Shown here in pieces: positions 12,846 to 26,604 of a stretch of DNA of 64,000 bases. Both the position numbers and the translations under genes were made by a program. The notes under the pieces are model-generated. The model was given only the letters and a program-made list of their open reading frames with translations. It was not told the origin of the DNA and searched no databases. Origin of the DNA: Marsupella aquatica (Eukaryota; Plantae; Marchantiophyta); contig OZ316891.1 in assembly GCA_973895155.1 (NCBI GenBank), positions 18,213,802-18,277,801 of the forward strand. The letters run 5' to 3'. The first letter of the stretch is position 1. Each line of letters opens with the position of its first letter.

Positions 12846-14555
12846 AGATGGTGCTTATAGACCTGGTGAAATTAAATGGCTCACTCATGGCAAGAGTAAA
12901 TCACTGAAAGAATTCCACCTTCAACAATCACAGGCTGAAAGGAATTGGAGCTACCACCATCTGACTTCCATAATCAAGGAAGCAAAGCTGTGTGCCATTA
13001 ATGAATGAAATGGCGAGAAAGGAAAGAAGGTACCATTTGCCAAGGCATTAAACCTCGGTCTTCGATGCTGCCGGGGCAAGCACATAAACAAGTAAGAATT
13101 GAGCACATCAGTGTCTACAGTCTCTACAGAACCTTATTGAAGGCATCATTAGAGCACAACATTGGCAGATTTTACCACCGTTTCATACTCCGGTTCAGAG
13201 CTTTGTCCTTCATACCACCAGTCTTGCAGCTGGAAGGTAAAGCACAAAAGAATGGAAGCTATTCTTGTCTACCTGGGGACACGCAGGTCATTTGCTTGTT
13301 GGTACAATTTAGGGGCCCTGGGACTGTAGAATAAATAAATTCACTAAAAGCTTTACAATGTGTCCTGTATCCTTACTGCAAGGGTTTCCAGCCAACACTA
13401 ACGTGCGACAACGTCCTGCTTGAGATTTTCGTGACAAGTGCCTCTGCATGAAAGATCCGTCCTGTATCACTTCTTCTCTCTGGAAATTTCCTGTCAATTG
13501 AACTTTTGAACACACAACAGACTTCTAAGTTACAAAACGACGCTGAGATGTAGCGAAATGACGAGGGAAACGAGTTCAATCTCAATGGAGTTCTCATAAT
13601 TCTATCTAAAATCACAATATCTCAGTAAGATCTTGCTCAAGACATTCTTATAAGCCGGACACGCAACATGGAAAGGGCGTGGATGTCTCTTAAATTTCGG
13701 TAATGCTTGCTAAGGTATATTTCTGTACATCACCTCGCTTGTCGACTCTCGACTCCCAAGAAAACTCAGAATATAAGATGGCTATACCCGCAAAGTCCCA
13801 TCCAACTGATCACATGGCCGAAAGATGGACAAACCTTGTACACTTGAGATAAAGTATTTTGCCGAGACTCGTGCGTGCAAACTGTGGAGGAAAGTGGGCG
13901 AGCCCACATTTCGTAAAATGCATTGTGGATCTGGCCAAAACCATTATATTCTTCTACACGCGGCTTGCGAACGGCTAGAGACTCGTGGGTGCTACACCCA
14001 GAGTCTACTCGCTTTTATAGTTCTCTGTCGTGTTGCTCTGCGACAATCTCACGGGAACCTTTCAAGCACACTAGGATGCAATGATCAAACGTGAACATAC
14101 CTTGAGAATACCAATAGACGGTAGAGGCACTACCCTGCAGCATCCAGTATAGACATTGGGCCATGCATTAAGCGCTACCTTGGACGCTGATCCCATACGC
14201 GGGAATGTAGGGTAAGCAACTGGAAGGTTGCATCATAGAACAAGGTACCCTGCTAGTTAGAGTAAACAATTTCAGGACCATAGAGGACATATGAAATGCA
14301 GTGTGTCATCAAACAATGAACAGAGGATATCAATTGATAGAACCACAATTTCTCACATGAAGTCGTACTTGGCAAACTTAAGCCATCGCACTATCCAATA
14401 ATTTACAAGTCATTAAAGTTACAGAGGAAATCAGAAGTAAAAGGAAGTACTTTGGACTGTATCACACACAAGCAAAAGAAGTTCTTGGTGATCCGAAGCT
14501 GTACGATTGCTAGTGAAAGACATGCTATTCTTCCTAGCCACTTAAGAAAACGATA

Positions 14556-16783
14556 TCACCGTAAATACAAAGAAGTGAGGTATAATGACACTAGCACAAA
14601 CTCACTAACAACAATGGCAGGGGATCCAATCCCGAGGAAGGGAACTATATCAACTCGTAACCAGGATTCCACCAATCCTCCAAGCACAGCTCCTGCAACC
14701 AAGCCTCCAATAGTGACGACTGTTGCTTTACCTGCATCCGGAGATGCACAATTAGCAGCCGGAAACACATTCTAAGTGACCATACTTGTAAATTGGCACA
14801 AGGATTCAGATTACGATATGCTAATCCGCTGGACCCACGGTACTGAACCAAAAGTCATGTAACAGTGAGAAGTCCCCAAAGCATGATTCCTCACTCTTAC
14901 AAGGATCGCCTCCCTCATTCTCACACGACTATCGTTTAATATATGAGACAAAAAACTCCAGTCTATGTGCTTTTGGCCAAAGCAACGGTCATTGCCTTAT
15001 GGCACTGATCGTATTTCATTACCCACTACACTATTTCTAGATTGAGACATTCAGAGAGTCTTAGATGGATTAGACAGCCACGCAGGGAGGCATCCGACAC
15101 GAGTTAGAGCACACGCAAACAGTTATGGGAGATAAGAGGTACTAACGATACAGCAGTTAAAAATTGTACCGTCCAATAATACCAATTAGCACCACCCCAA
15201 ATGGAGAAAATTCCAGAGACAGGACAAGAACAAAATACCTAATTTAATATTTTGCTTTCGAAGAAAATACAGGGAAGAACCAAAGCCAATAGCCAAGATA
15301 AAGCCCGGAGCATCTGCTCCACTTCCGACTGCGGCCAGATTGGATGACGAAAGACCAGTGGCAAATGTCCATATAATAAGGGCCCCATATACGCCCGTTT
15401 GCAACACAACAGTATCAGGTGTAGGCTGTTGGACAGCTACTGGAGATTTTTGAAGAGCGCCTTTGAGCCAATCTGGACCACCTCCAGCAACCAGTGACTT
15501 AGCCTTCCTTACATCTGCATAGCGGATGCTGCTGTCAAGGACTTTCCCAGACCGGCGTTGTGACAAGCTCTGCATTAGCAGGGTATCATAGGCTGCCTCC
15601 AGCTGACAATTGCAACGATGTTGAAAAGTATCAATGCAACGAACCCAATTTTCAGTAAGTCTGTGACCTCAGAAACTTCTCATCAACGTTTCCGTAGAAT
15701 GTCTACCATCCCAAAACATAGTCATTAGCCACATGAAAGCTAATAACTCCTATCGAGCTGGTTTGATTGTCTATATTACATTCACAAAGAGAACAATGAG
15801 AGCACATTGTCATAGAGGTCAATTGGAACTTAGTAGCTCAAGCTTGAGCTTTCGGCATTGCGCCATTTCTTCCAACCCCAAAACATTAAATTGATCGAGT
15901 GTTTTCCACGTAGTCCAACCAATCTGACAGCTTTTCAACGAAAGAGGACAACCTCCATATTCCCATCCACCGCACCCAACATGATTCAGTGCTACAATCA
16001 TTCTGAGGCGTGGGAAAGTTAATGCAGATGGAAAGAGTAAAGATTTGATTGTCCCTTGCCAAAGAAGAGCGACGAGTTCACTAAGTCTGAATTCAATTTC
16101 TACTGCTCTAAAATACTAACTTGATGCTACCAAACATTCCATGTCGCAAGGGGACCTAAATCAAGGCGAGCCAGTCCACCACACCGAGGAAAATGATAAG
16201 TAGATCGAACAGTAAACGAGAAAAATTTGAGTGAATCAGCTTCATCTCGAAAATTAATTTCCAGCCCAAAATTTGTAGGAAATCTAAGACAATCCTTGAG
16301 GTGAAAGTGCTACAATTATTGGATCTTAGATCGCACTTAACGAGAGCTTACCTGCGAAATGCGATCCTGATCTCCCCCACTGCTATCGACAAGTTTTTTC
16401 TTTGCTCCTAGAATTTCGTCAAATGAGGCGCCCTCTCCAACCCCCAACAGCTTCAGAGCAGCTTCTAGAGTCATTTCCCCAGTACTAAACGAGTCATCTG
16501 TGCCCTTGGCAAAAGCTTCTCCGGGTCGACGACAACACCTCCCCCAGCTGGTCCATTCGGGGCTCCCGAAAGTGTTCTTTCCAGACAACGAACCCCTTGC
16601 TCGACTCCCAAAGAGAATGCTTCTTCCATTACTCCCTTTCAGACTCGAAGATGACGACGGTCTCGAACAAAATACTACAGAGGAAGTGCGCAAAGAAGCA
16701 CCGGAGGAAGCATTTAGACGAGATACAGAGTCTAATTTCACATCACAGGAGGACATGAAAGTCGGGGAGACCACGGCAGCCAT
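14556..16783 (-). CDS. Chaperone-like protein of POR1 (CPP1)/DUF3353 family, chloroplast J-like membrane protein, 3 exons
   Basis: Exons 16783-16352, 15602-15239 and 14731-14556 with GT-AG boundaries. Ser/Arg-rich transit peptide; J-like domain ALKLLGVGEGASFDEILGAKKKL...Q/LEAAYDTLLMQSLSQRRSGKV...IRYADV; C-terminal TM segments ending LYLTSLYLR. Confidence 0.88.
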
Positions 16784-18074
16784 GAGCCTACTTTTTTTCT
16801 TTTTTTACAGCTAAATAAGAACTGCGCAACCGAAAACGTAGTCCCAGGAAGCCTGTCGGTTAAATTCGCTTAACCTCCGTTCCTTCCCCTACTTAATACA
16901 GAAACTGATTCTTCCCTTTTCTTTTCCTAAAAGAAAACGGTAACGAAATTGCTCCCGAAATGGAAGTCGACGACGCACACACAGAGTAAAAAGGCGTTGC
17001 CAGCTAGAAATGGATTTTTTCTCCTCAGCCGTCAGTTTTAGTAGCAGAAGATGAAAGACAGTTCGACGAATTTGATTGTACTGGATGGTACAGCTGTGTG
17101 AACCTCAACGACCTCATACTAAGTCGAGTAAACCACCACAGAAAAATGAAGCGAGAGAGATTCCAATTAATATGGCTCCTTACTTCTTTCCTTCTTGCCT
17201 CCTCCTGCTCTCTGTCCTGCCCTGCCCTGCCTTCGGCACCTCAAGCACCTGACCAACAGCGAACCGGACCTCGACGACACTGTCACTTAGGGATGATCGG
17301 ATTCGGGCGGGCAAGCGCCTCAAAGTCGGACTACCGTACTCGACACAATTTCTAATTGTCTGTACAAGAAACGAAAGACTCAGCTAAAGACGATGACCCA
17401 ACAAATCCAGTAGTGGAATTTCCAAACACCCCCTCCCCCGGCCCCAGCCCTCTCCCTCTCCCTCCTTAGCTGCCAGCAGATTGAACTGTAGACGGACGCC
17501 AACACCGCCTCACGCAAACGGCACCCGAAGAGTGCCGATAAAGCGCGCACGTCAATGCGTCTACTCGGGGAAGCGAGGCAGATGAGACGGGCGAGAGAAA
17601 TGCGAGGCGAGGATGCTAGGAGAGGAGAGGAGAGGAGAGGAGAGAACAGAGTAGAGGGAACAGAGTACCAAAGCAATTCGTCAGGCCACGGCGACTCGAT
17701 CAAATCTACTCGCGCACGTGAATTTATGCCAATGCCATGGCGGACCGCTCGATCGATCGATCTGCCGAAGGAAACCCCCAAATTCGCCAGCGTTTCCACA
17801 GATTCCTCACTAGAGTAGAGTAGAGCTGAACCCTACGCCTACAGTTAGCTTCCGAGGGAGCGAGGGCGAGAGAGAGACAGAGTGAGAAGCATTCTGATGC
17901 TCCAATAGCGTTCGTCCAATGTTGCGTACCGTAACTGGCGTGGCTGGTCGTGGTAAACTACAGTACAACTCGGTTACTATGGTGATGGTGTGCGTGGTGG
18001 ACCACAAGAATCTTCACGAGAGGGTTGGTGATTTGCTCTACTAACCCAATTACACCCAATTACCCTTTCCTTGA

Positions 18075-18380
18075 CGGTAAATACATATGAAGAAAACAAT
18101 CTTGCATTGAAGGTAAATAGATATGAAGAAACCAAACTTGCATAATAAAAAAATTATGTTATTTCAAATAATTTTTGCCCCATTTTTGTTGTTTTTCACC
18201 CTAATTTCAGTTTTGTATTTATTTGAAATCTATATCATTTTTACTTGAGACTCATAATCACTTTTGTCTGTATTAAGCATTACAGTCTAGAGACTTCACC
18301 CTAGGCTTTTAAGAGTAGATTGGGTTCACTCTAGACCCTAGATCCTTAAGAGTAGACTTAGTTTGTGCTTTTATAATAAG
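18075..18380 (+). mobile_element. Dispersed repeat family A, copy 2, inserted in the tandem array
   Basis: gtaaatagatatgaagaaa...cacttttgtctgtatt...ttcactctagacccta...ccttaagagtagacttag; reverse complement found at 36545-36760. Confidence 0.65.
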
Positions 18381-18960
18381 ATTTCATTTGACATTAATTT
18401 TCACTAGGCAGTGGCTGTCTCCTTTGTATTAGAGGTTACTATGGTAATGGCATACATTTATGGACCAGAATCTTCACCAGGTAGTTCGTTTATTTTGTTT
18501 CATGTTTTCACTGGGCACTGGGTGTCTTTTTTGTGTTAGAGAGGGTTAAGATAATTATTCACTGACCTTTGTAGGGCCTTTAGGTTTTTAACAAACTTCT
18601 CTTTGTGACTAGTGAGGTTAATATGGTAATGGTGTATGTGGTTGACCAGAAAGAATCTTCACCAATTGGTTTGTGTATAATATCATTTTACATTTTGGCT
18701 ATGCAGTGGGTGCCTCTTTTGTATTAGAGAGGCTGAGTTATTCACTATTCTTTGCAGGGCCCAAACTTTTGGCATTTGGTTTGTAGACAGAATTTTCTTT
18801 GTGACTTCGTGCAGTTACTATGGTGGTATACATGGTGGACCAGAAAGAATCTTACCAGATGGTTCGTGTATTTCATTTCACATTTTCACTAGGCAGTGGG
18901 TATCTCTTTTGTATTAGAGAGGCTGAGTTATTCACTATTCTTTGTAGGGCCCAACCTTTT

Positions 18961-19061
18961 TCTTTTTTTTGAATGAGCCCAAAGCTTTATTCGCAACGGA
19001 GCCCAGCAAAGCAGGGCGGAAACAACCTGTCTGGAGAGAGGAGACAGGAGAGAACCAAAAC
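18961..19061 (-). mobile_element. 101-bp poly(A)-tailed retro-insertion (5'-truncated LINE/SINE 3' end) with 16-bp TSD
   Basis: TSD tagggcccaacctttt (18945-18960) and tagggcccaaactttt (19062-19077). Poly-T head; tttatt (AATAAA on minus) at 18986-18991. The sibling repeat unit at about 18755 shows the uninterrupted empty site. Confidence 0.8.
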
Positions 19062-20429
19062 TAGGGCCCAAACTTTTGGCATTAGTTTTGTAGACAAAAT
19101 TTTCTTTGTGACTTCGTGCAGTTATTATGGTGGTATACGTGGTGGACCAGAAAGAATCTTACCAGATGGTTCGTGTATTTTATTTCACATTTTCACTAGG
19201 CAGTGGGTGTCTCGTTTGTAGCACAGATTACTATGGTAATGGCGTACGTGGTGGACCAGAAAGAATCTTCACCAAATGGTTTGTGTATTTCATTCCACAA
19301 TTTCACTAGGCAGTGGGTGTCCCTTTTGTATTGAGTATTCACTGTTCCTTTGTAGGGCCCAAGCTTTTGGCTTTGAGTTTGTAAGCAAATTTCTCGTCCT
19401 GACTCTCTTATTCAATTTACTCTTGAACTGTAATTGGCTCAGTGGGTGTCTGGTCGACCGAGAAAGTGGGTTAATCCATTGAATGCCGTTGTTTGTGGGA
19501 AAGGCCTTTTTTTTTAATTAGAGAGGCCTGAGGTATTCATTCTTCTTTGTGGGGGCCAGTCTATTAGCTTTAGGTTTGTAGACAAATTTCTGGTTGTGAC
19601 TCTCCTATGCAATTTACTCTGGAACTCTCATAGGCTCAGTGGATGTCTTTTTTGTATTAGAAAGGGTTGAGATATTCAGTAGGGACTCCCATGAGGGTCA
19701 TTTATTAAGAAAATACTTCCAGGCACCATAGTGTTCCACGTCATCATGGCATGCAACAAACACGACTACTCTTTGTTGGGAATCAAAATAACTACCACTT
19801 TCTTGTTTTCGTTAATTTTGGAAAAAAATCCTGGTCGCCACACCGTAAATCCTTGTCACTACTTTTCCCTCATTTTCTCTAGACTCCTATTGCTCATGAG
19901 AGAGAGTTGCAAGCTCAAACTTGTTCTACTCCTCTTCCTAAACGTTGCTCTCTTCAATCAATCGGTCAAGCAATCTGCTGATCAAGATTTGTTGTTGGAT
20001 CCTGTTGGCGCCGGGGTTGGCGCCTTTCTGCACCAAGGTGGCAAGGTGAGAGGCCAAATTCCCTGCAATTTGCAAGTGTTTTGTGATTCCCTAGAGTGAG
20101 TTACATCATTTCTTAAAGATGAGTAATTTTCAGATGTGTCATTAATAGCTCAAAAGTGACCCAAAAAGTTACTTAACACAATTCATGCATAGCGAAAAAG
20201 TGTTATAACAGATTTAATGTGTAACACTCATTTACGAGTAGAGCCAGATATCCTCTGTTCTCAAATTAAGGTGAGTAACACTACTTACAGCAAAGTGTGG
20301 TATGCTTAATCAAAGGCTTGCAAAACTATAGTAGAAGATATGGATGATCGCATTACAAATTAACTGTGTGTACTTTAGACGTTGATTATTAATATTTAAT
20401 TTGACTTAATCTCTTTTCTTTGTCGTGTA

Positions 20430-20936
20430 CAGTCTACCGTGTCTAAGTGCAGCGTGTATAACTGCATTCTGTGGGTAACTTACTGCAGGGCGTTTGAGTC
20501 GTCCCTCAATATTATAGCAAATTCCTTTGTAAATGCACCAAAAAATGCACCGTTTGTAAGTGCAGGTCGTCCGTCACTAAACGACAAATACATAAGGGCA
20601 TTTTCCATCTATAAGAGTATAGATGCATTAATCAATGACTGCAACACATATGATAGAAACATTTATTGATAAGTGCAACAAACAACTACACATTGTAGTT
20701 TCATGCACTTATTCAGTTCAATCGTGCACTATGAGTATTCTGGGTATGAGAAGTCTATGTATATGACCTGACAAGACATTTGTGGAAATGCATTAGTGAT
20801 TTCATAGACATTTATTGGAAAGTGCAACAGACACATATGGAGAAGTGCACCGTGCACTTATGATGAAGTGCATAACGTGGATAACTGCAGGCTTGGGGTG
20901 TCTTCCCGGGAGCCTGCACTTAGACACGGTAGACTG
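20430..20936. mobile_element. 507-bp Tc1/mariner-superfamily MITE with perfect 23-bp TIRs and TA TSD
   Basis: TA|cagtctaccgtgtctaagtgcag (20430-20452) ... ctgcacttagacacggtagactg|TA (20914-20936). A CAGT terminus with TA duplication is typical of pogo/Tc1-mariner elements. Confidence 0.88.
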
Positions 20937-22139
20937 TATGTGGTGTATGTGGTGTATGCCGTGTATGCCACTTTTGGTCCTCTCTGGACTTTTTCTCTTT
21001 TTCTCTTTTCCTTCTTGTATTCTGTTGTCCAAGTTCCATCATAACTTTAATAAAGTCAGCTTATGATTATGTCATGCAAGAGAAACTGGTGGTGACTGGG
21101 ACACAAGGATTGCAGGACATGAGTCTTCAAGCAGAGGTGCACTAGAGACAATTAATGTCCCAAAGATGACGATCAAACCTTTTACTAGTTGAGAGATGAA
21201 AATTTTATGAAAGTAGTTGTAAAACAACTGTAAAGACCATGCATTTGCTTTAAAGTTCCAAAACAAATGCCCCTCTTTCTGTAGCCTTACTTGCAGTCCA
21301 AACAGTAAGTACCATAGATTTCGTTAGTTCCATTTGTCAACCTTGTTCCTTCAAGAAATATATCCAAGCATGTGGTGCCACTAAAGTTTTTAAGGCTCAG
21401 ATGGGATCTCTATCCAAACCTGAACTCAGGGTCACAGTCCCGCTCAAGGTGGGTTCCCAAAATGCTCCTTGCATTGAAATCAATTGGTGTACTCTACATC
21501 CATGCCATCCTGATTAAATGTACTTTTTGATAGATCCCATGCAAGCTTAAGAATTTTATTCATGCAATTTTTAAAAAACTATGGTGATAAAGTGTTCTCT
21601 TTAATTTTTTTAAAATTTTTTTATTTAAATATGGTGATCTATACTTGTTGGCACAAAAGAAGAGCCCATTTTATGAACAGAAATACATATCACAATCTGC
21701 TATTATGATTTACTATTCCCAGCAATATAACACAAAATCTCACCCCACCAACAAACTTCATCACGGTTGTGGTGGTCAGCCTTAGATGAATGGAAGCATT
21801 TTTTCCACCTACTGTAATGCTGCTAACTTCAATATGGATTTTGTGCATTCATATATACATAACTAACCCAATGCACAGTTGTCATTGAGACCATTTTGTC
21901 ATTGCAAAAATTAAATATTGTCAAAGCACAAGTGTGTTGTCCATGGGCAATGTGGGGCAATTTCATAGGGAGGGAGTCCAGATGATAGGGCAATTTCTTT
22001 GGTAGGGAAGGTGACAACAAATATGCTCATAGAGGAGACCATTTTGCCAAATTCTACGGTCAGCAAAAATCATTATGGAGATAGGTAGTAAGAAAAGAGC
22101 AAGATCCTCTACTATAATAGACTAGCAATGCATGGGTTA

Positions 22140-22745
22140 TTATAGATGTTGAGATGAGAAAAGATGTCGAGGTTGAGAAAAGATGTCGAGGTGAAGAAAA
22201 AATGTCAAGCCAGGTGAGAAAAGATCTCAAGGAGAGAAAAAGATGCTGAAGGGAGAAAATATGTCAAGTGAGAGAAAAATTGTCATGGTGAAATAAAGAC
22301 CTGAAGGCAAGGTAAAATATGTTAAGAAGAGATAAATATTTCAATATTAAAAAAATGTCAAGGTGAGACAAAAATATATATAAGTTTTGCGATGTAGTTG
22401 TTGAGGCATATTATGTGTGATCTTGGCCATACAGTTGTTGTGGTTGTATTCAATACCCGGTGCATTGCACACATGAAAATTGGAGGCGTGAGATAACAAC
22501 TACCGCATCAAAGAATCCAAGCACAATTGAGTGACAGGAAATATATGTTTCTTTTGCTGTTAAATTGTCAAAGAAATCAGTTTTTAATTTTTTTAATTAA
22601 TGTTCAAAAGTTTTTCAAAATTTTTCAAAAGTTATGGAATTCAAAAGCAGGTCAGGGCAGGCTAAAGGGCAGCTTGGGCAGACATTCATTTTAGATGGGG
22701 TGTATGGATAGATCTGACGGTGTAAAAAAACAATATTTTGATGAA
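22140..22745 (+). mobile_element. Dispersed repeat family B, copy 1 (array of ~19-20-bp gagaaaaagatgtcaaggt units plus a conserved flank)
   Basis: Array at 22140-22380. The flank taaagggcagcttgggcag...ggggtgtatggatagat...ttttgatgaa matches the reverse complement of 50868-50970. Confidence 0.7.
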
Positions 22746-23667
22746 GGGTTATGATTGGTTAGTGCTTTTCCTTCTTGCTGGAAAACCGTGCACACCAAAT
22801 AGGTCACTTTTTGGTTTATTCTTTTCATTTTTTCAAATTTTCATTTTTTCAAGCCAAAATAGCAAGCCAAATTTGAATGACGAGCACTGCATTTTTTGGC
22901 ACAACAGTTCATTATAGTTTTTGATAGGGTACAATATTATTGATAGTAAGTGATATTGAACAGAAATGTTACTGCGTATAATTGAGATGGCCAAGTTGTC
23001 AGCAAGACTGTCTAACAACTAGATTTCAAAGAGTGTGCAAGTCACAAGGTGAGTGTCAAGTTCCTGGTTGGGTTAGGTCCATCTCAAGGTTACCAGAAAA
23101 CGTCAAGGTAATTGAACAAGCAGAGTGGCTTCCCATAAGAATGATATTTCTTCAGCAGACCCTGAGAAAGAAAGAAAGAACCAGATTGTATGTTACAAAA
23201 TTTATATATATGGAAGATATTTAGATGGGATATCATATTGGGGCTGGGAGCACCTATGTCCAGTAATGCACTTCAGTATGGAGAGGAAGCAAATTAAAAT
23301 ATTAAGCCACTTCAGTATATTGAAAATAAAGTCGTGCTCAGAAGCAAACACAAACTTCGAGTACAGTTTTGAAGCTGTCCTGAGATCCCAACATCAATTG
23401 AGTAAATTGCTCTCCCTCTCATCCATCCCATGATCTCCACCTGATCACTGGACCTCACATGAGTCACAGCCAGTCTTAATTAAAGCACAACAAAGCAAGC
23501 AGAGAAAATAGCCCAAAGTTTGGGGGAAAACAACTTCTCTGAGCGAGATGTCCAAACTCTTCTTCAATGAATTTCTTTCTGAATGAGGTGTAGAAGGTGA
23601 GGAGGAGGAGGAGGAGGAGAAGGAAGAGGAAGGTAGGAGAGGACGGAGAGGAGGAGCTGATAGAGAG

Positions 23668-26604
23668 ATGGAGATGGAGAAGCAGATTGAGATTAAGCTC
23701 GAGAAAGAAGGATGGAACTTGCAGGCGAACGTTGTGGACCAGACGTTGGAGCAATTGATCCAGAGCAGCGGTGGCGGAGAGGAGGATAGGAAAACCTTGG
23801 AGGGAGTTTTGAGGACAGAGCTTTTGGACACGGACATCAGGCGCACTGGTGCTCGCTCCTTGCCGGATGCGCAGACCTTACTCCACACTCGCGTCTTGCA
23901 AGGGCTTAGAGTCCTCCAGGTGAGTTTTGCTTGATTTACATCGCTGCCAGTCTTACCCATCTGTCCATCCGTTCATCCATCGTACTCGGACATTTGATGA
24001 AGTCTCTCTCTCTGAATTGGGCATTTGGAGTTTGATATCTGATAAATCATTTGACCCTCTTGTCTTTTGCTCTAAGTAGCCTTTGGCTTCCTATTCGTGT
24101 GTGATACTTGTTCCTGCAATGGGGTTCTTTGACGAAGGGTGTATACGGAATTCTCGAATGTTTTAATCTCATGAGCAGGCTGATTGTTAATTATTTGTTT
24201 ATGAGCTAAATCTTTGCTCGCCTGTCATGGTTTTCTTTGTGCAAATTGGGCAGATTTTGTCTGTGAATGATATCAGCCAAAGCAGTAAGAGAGCTGCCGC
24301 GGGCGGCAATCAGAAAGATCGACTACTGAGGTTTCGGTTGACGGACGGCCATACCCCTGTCACAGCCATCGAGTTCAAGCCTATTCCGTCAGTTTCTCAG
24401 GATCTTCCTCCGGGCACAAAGGTGGGTACCTCGTTATCGAATTCTGAATACAAACAGAGAATGTTATGTTAAACCCTCAACCCTTATCTCAAAGTGCGGG
24501 AATTGTTCAGGGCCATGTTAACATGAAAAGGTTGAGCCAGAACTCGGAAGAGTGTTAGCTTGAGAGAAATAATTATTCATTGTCCATATGTACTCCACCG
24601 GGCAAAAGATCCTAATGTGCATAGGGCGTTCCCAGAATCCAGATGCTGCAACGAGAACATGGGTAGCAAAAGTAGGAGACTAACATGAGACCGCATCCTG
24701 ATCTCCACCACCTCTCTCATGAACTGCCAATCGGTTTTGGATCACGTGTTGCGAAAACTCATGCCCCCTGAAAAGTAGGACGCAGCTAGGCTCCCTAGGG
24801 TTTGTGCGCCCATGTTTTCGTACTTTTTGGATCGCTTCACAAGGGTCTATGATGTATCCACTCAATATCGTACAAGTGCAATTGCTGAAATGCAGTACTG
24901 ATTATGACTTCCATAGGTGCATAGAGAGAGTGCACATAGATATTAAGGAACTTCATTCCAGTATTTTACTTCTGGGGGGGTTTGCGCTGCGTTTGATTGT
25001 CATCATACAAATGGCTGTTCTTTTAGGTGGTGCTGGGAAACTCAGTACCAGTACATACAGGAGTACTACTGCTTGATGTCAACTGTGTTCGGGTTCTGGG
25101 CGGCCATGTGCAAGCCATGTATGATGCTTGGGAGATGGACCGCAAGTACTCAGGGATTGCTCGTGAAGCAGCGAGCAAATTGTCGCTCCCTGAAGGTGTG
25201 ACAGGACCACCCCCTTTTCGAGCCTTACAACTTGGAAGAAAAACTCGCCCAGGCAGTGGACCAACATTGCAGACTACCAAGCAGGACCCCAATAGCCGTG
25301 AGTGAAATGTGCTCTGCCCGCCTGCAATTTACCTTATTTGTTGGCTGGCAATGAGTAGGCTTTTTCCTCTCATAGACAGGATGATTAATCTGCTTGCTAA
25401 TAATGCAGGAACAGGTGTTGTGGATAGTAGGACTCAGCCAGCTAAAACGGATACTCAAGCAGCTGAAGTTTTCCAAACCCATGTCAAGAAAGACGATGGC
25501 CCCAGCAAGCCAAAGCCAGCTATCCGTCCTGGAGCGGAACCTTACCGGCCAAGAGTAGGTGTCACTGTTAAAGACGCTTCATCAGCTGTTAAGTCTAGTT
25601 CTGTTGAAGGAACACCTTCACCCCCAACAAAAAGTGCAGACTCTGATGGTGTACGTCCAGAGTCAAGCTTATATCTCCATCGTATGGAGAAAGCCATAGA
25701 TGAGCACTCCACACCAGCTAGTCAAGTTCCCTCAGGTGAGTGTTGCCAGGAATAGTTCACACATTTTGCCGCCTTAAATTCAAGTGGATGACTCCTCGTT
25801 ACTGACCTCATTATGATACTGTCACGTGGAATACCACCAAGACCGAGTTGAGTTCTGGAATAATGAAAGATGCATTTCTCTGCAATTTTGTTGTTGTTGG
25901 TGTGTTTTGTGTAGGTGTTTCAGCAAATCCTGCATCAGCTGGGAGCTTGGAGATAAAAGTGGATGAGAGATCAAGACACATAGATCAAAACATAAAGGAC
26001 GTGATCTCCCTGGGCATAGACAATACCCCTTTGCAGAACCGAAAAGCTGCTCAGAAGCTCTTAGAAAAGAATATTGATACCGATTGGAAGAGAGGAGGCG
26101 GTAGAGGAGCCGAGGGAAGGGGGAGAGGTGGAAGAAGGGGAGGACGAGGACGTGACAGAGAGGATGATGTATCCACTATGACATTAGATGAATGGGAAGC
26201 GAGAAAGAGCTCTGGAAACAGTTCTGCCAGAGATGTCAACACTAATCAGTTTGGAGGAAGCTATGAGACTGACGAGGACTTGGCTCGGAGACTACAGCAG
26301 CAGTTGGACTTAGAGAGTTCACAGGTATGGATGAGGCATCGTCGATATAAAGTTAGAAGGGAAAGGCCCACTTGATCTCAACTTCCCGTTGTCCTAGTTT
26401 CTCATGCTTACTTTGTTAGACTAATGACTGAGGCATTCGCTTGTGCAGGGAGGACCTTCAAACCAAATAGATCCTGCAGCACAGCTCAGGGCAAGCATGT
26501 TTAACTTTACCCAAGGAGTTCCAACAGGTGATGAAGGCGTTGGAGGAAGAGGTAGAGGAAGGGGAAGGGGGAGAGGACGAGGGAGAGGACGAAGGCACGG
26601 TTAA
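23668..26604 (+). CDS. Tudor domain-containing protein 3 (TDRD3)-like / RMI1 N-terminal OB-fold protein with RG/RGG tracts, 6 exons
   Basis: Exons 23668-23919, 24254-24421, 25027-25297, 25409-25735, 25915-26324 and 26449-26604; GT-AG and in frame. Motifs LLDTDIR, VLQ..SVNDISQ, RLLRFRLTDGH...AIEFKPIP...PPGTKV, GVLLL...VRVLGGHV..M, PPPF, MTLDEWE, DEDLARRLQQQLDLE and a terminal (GR)n. Confidence 0.88.

Larger units (their letters stand above)
17972..19680. repeat. Degenerate tandem array (~100-190-bp units) interrupted by two insertions
   Basis: Recurrent ttactatggt.atgg...gtggaccagaaagaatctt(c)acca and ttttcactaggcagtgggtgtct...gtattagagaggctgagttattcact motifs at about 17972, 18435, 18618, 18815, 19122 and 19228. 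Confidence 0.8.

Noticed and set aside
23445-23960. 171-aa minus-strand ORF
   Set aside because: Antisense to TDRD3-like exon 1 and its GAG-rich leader; low complexity.
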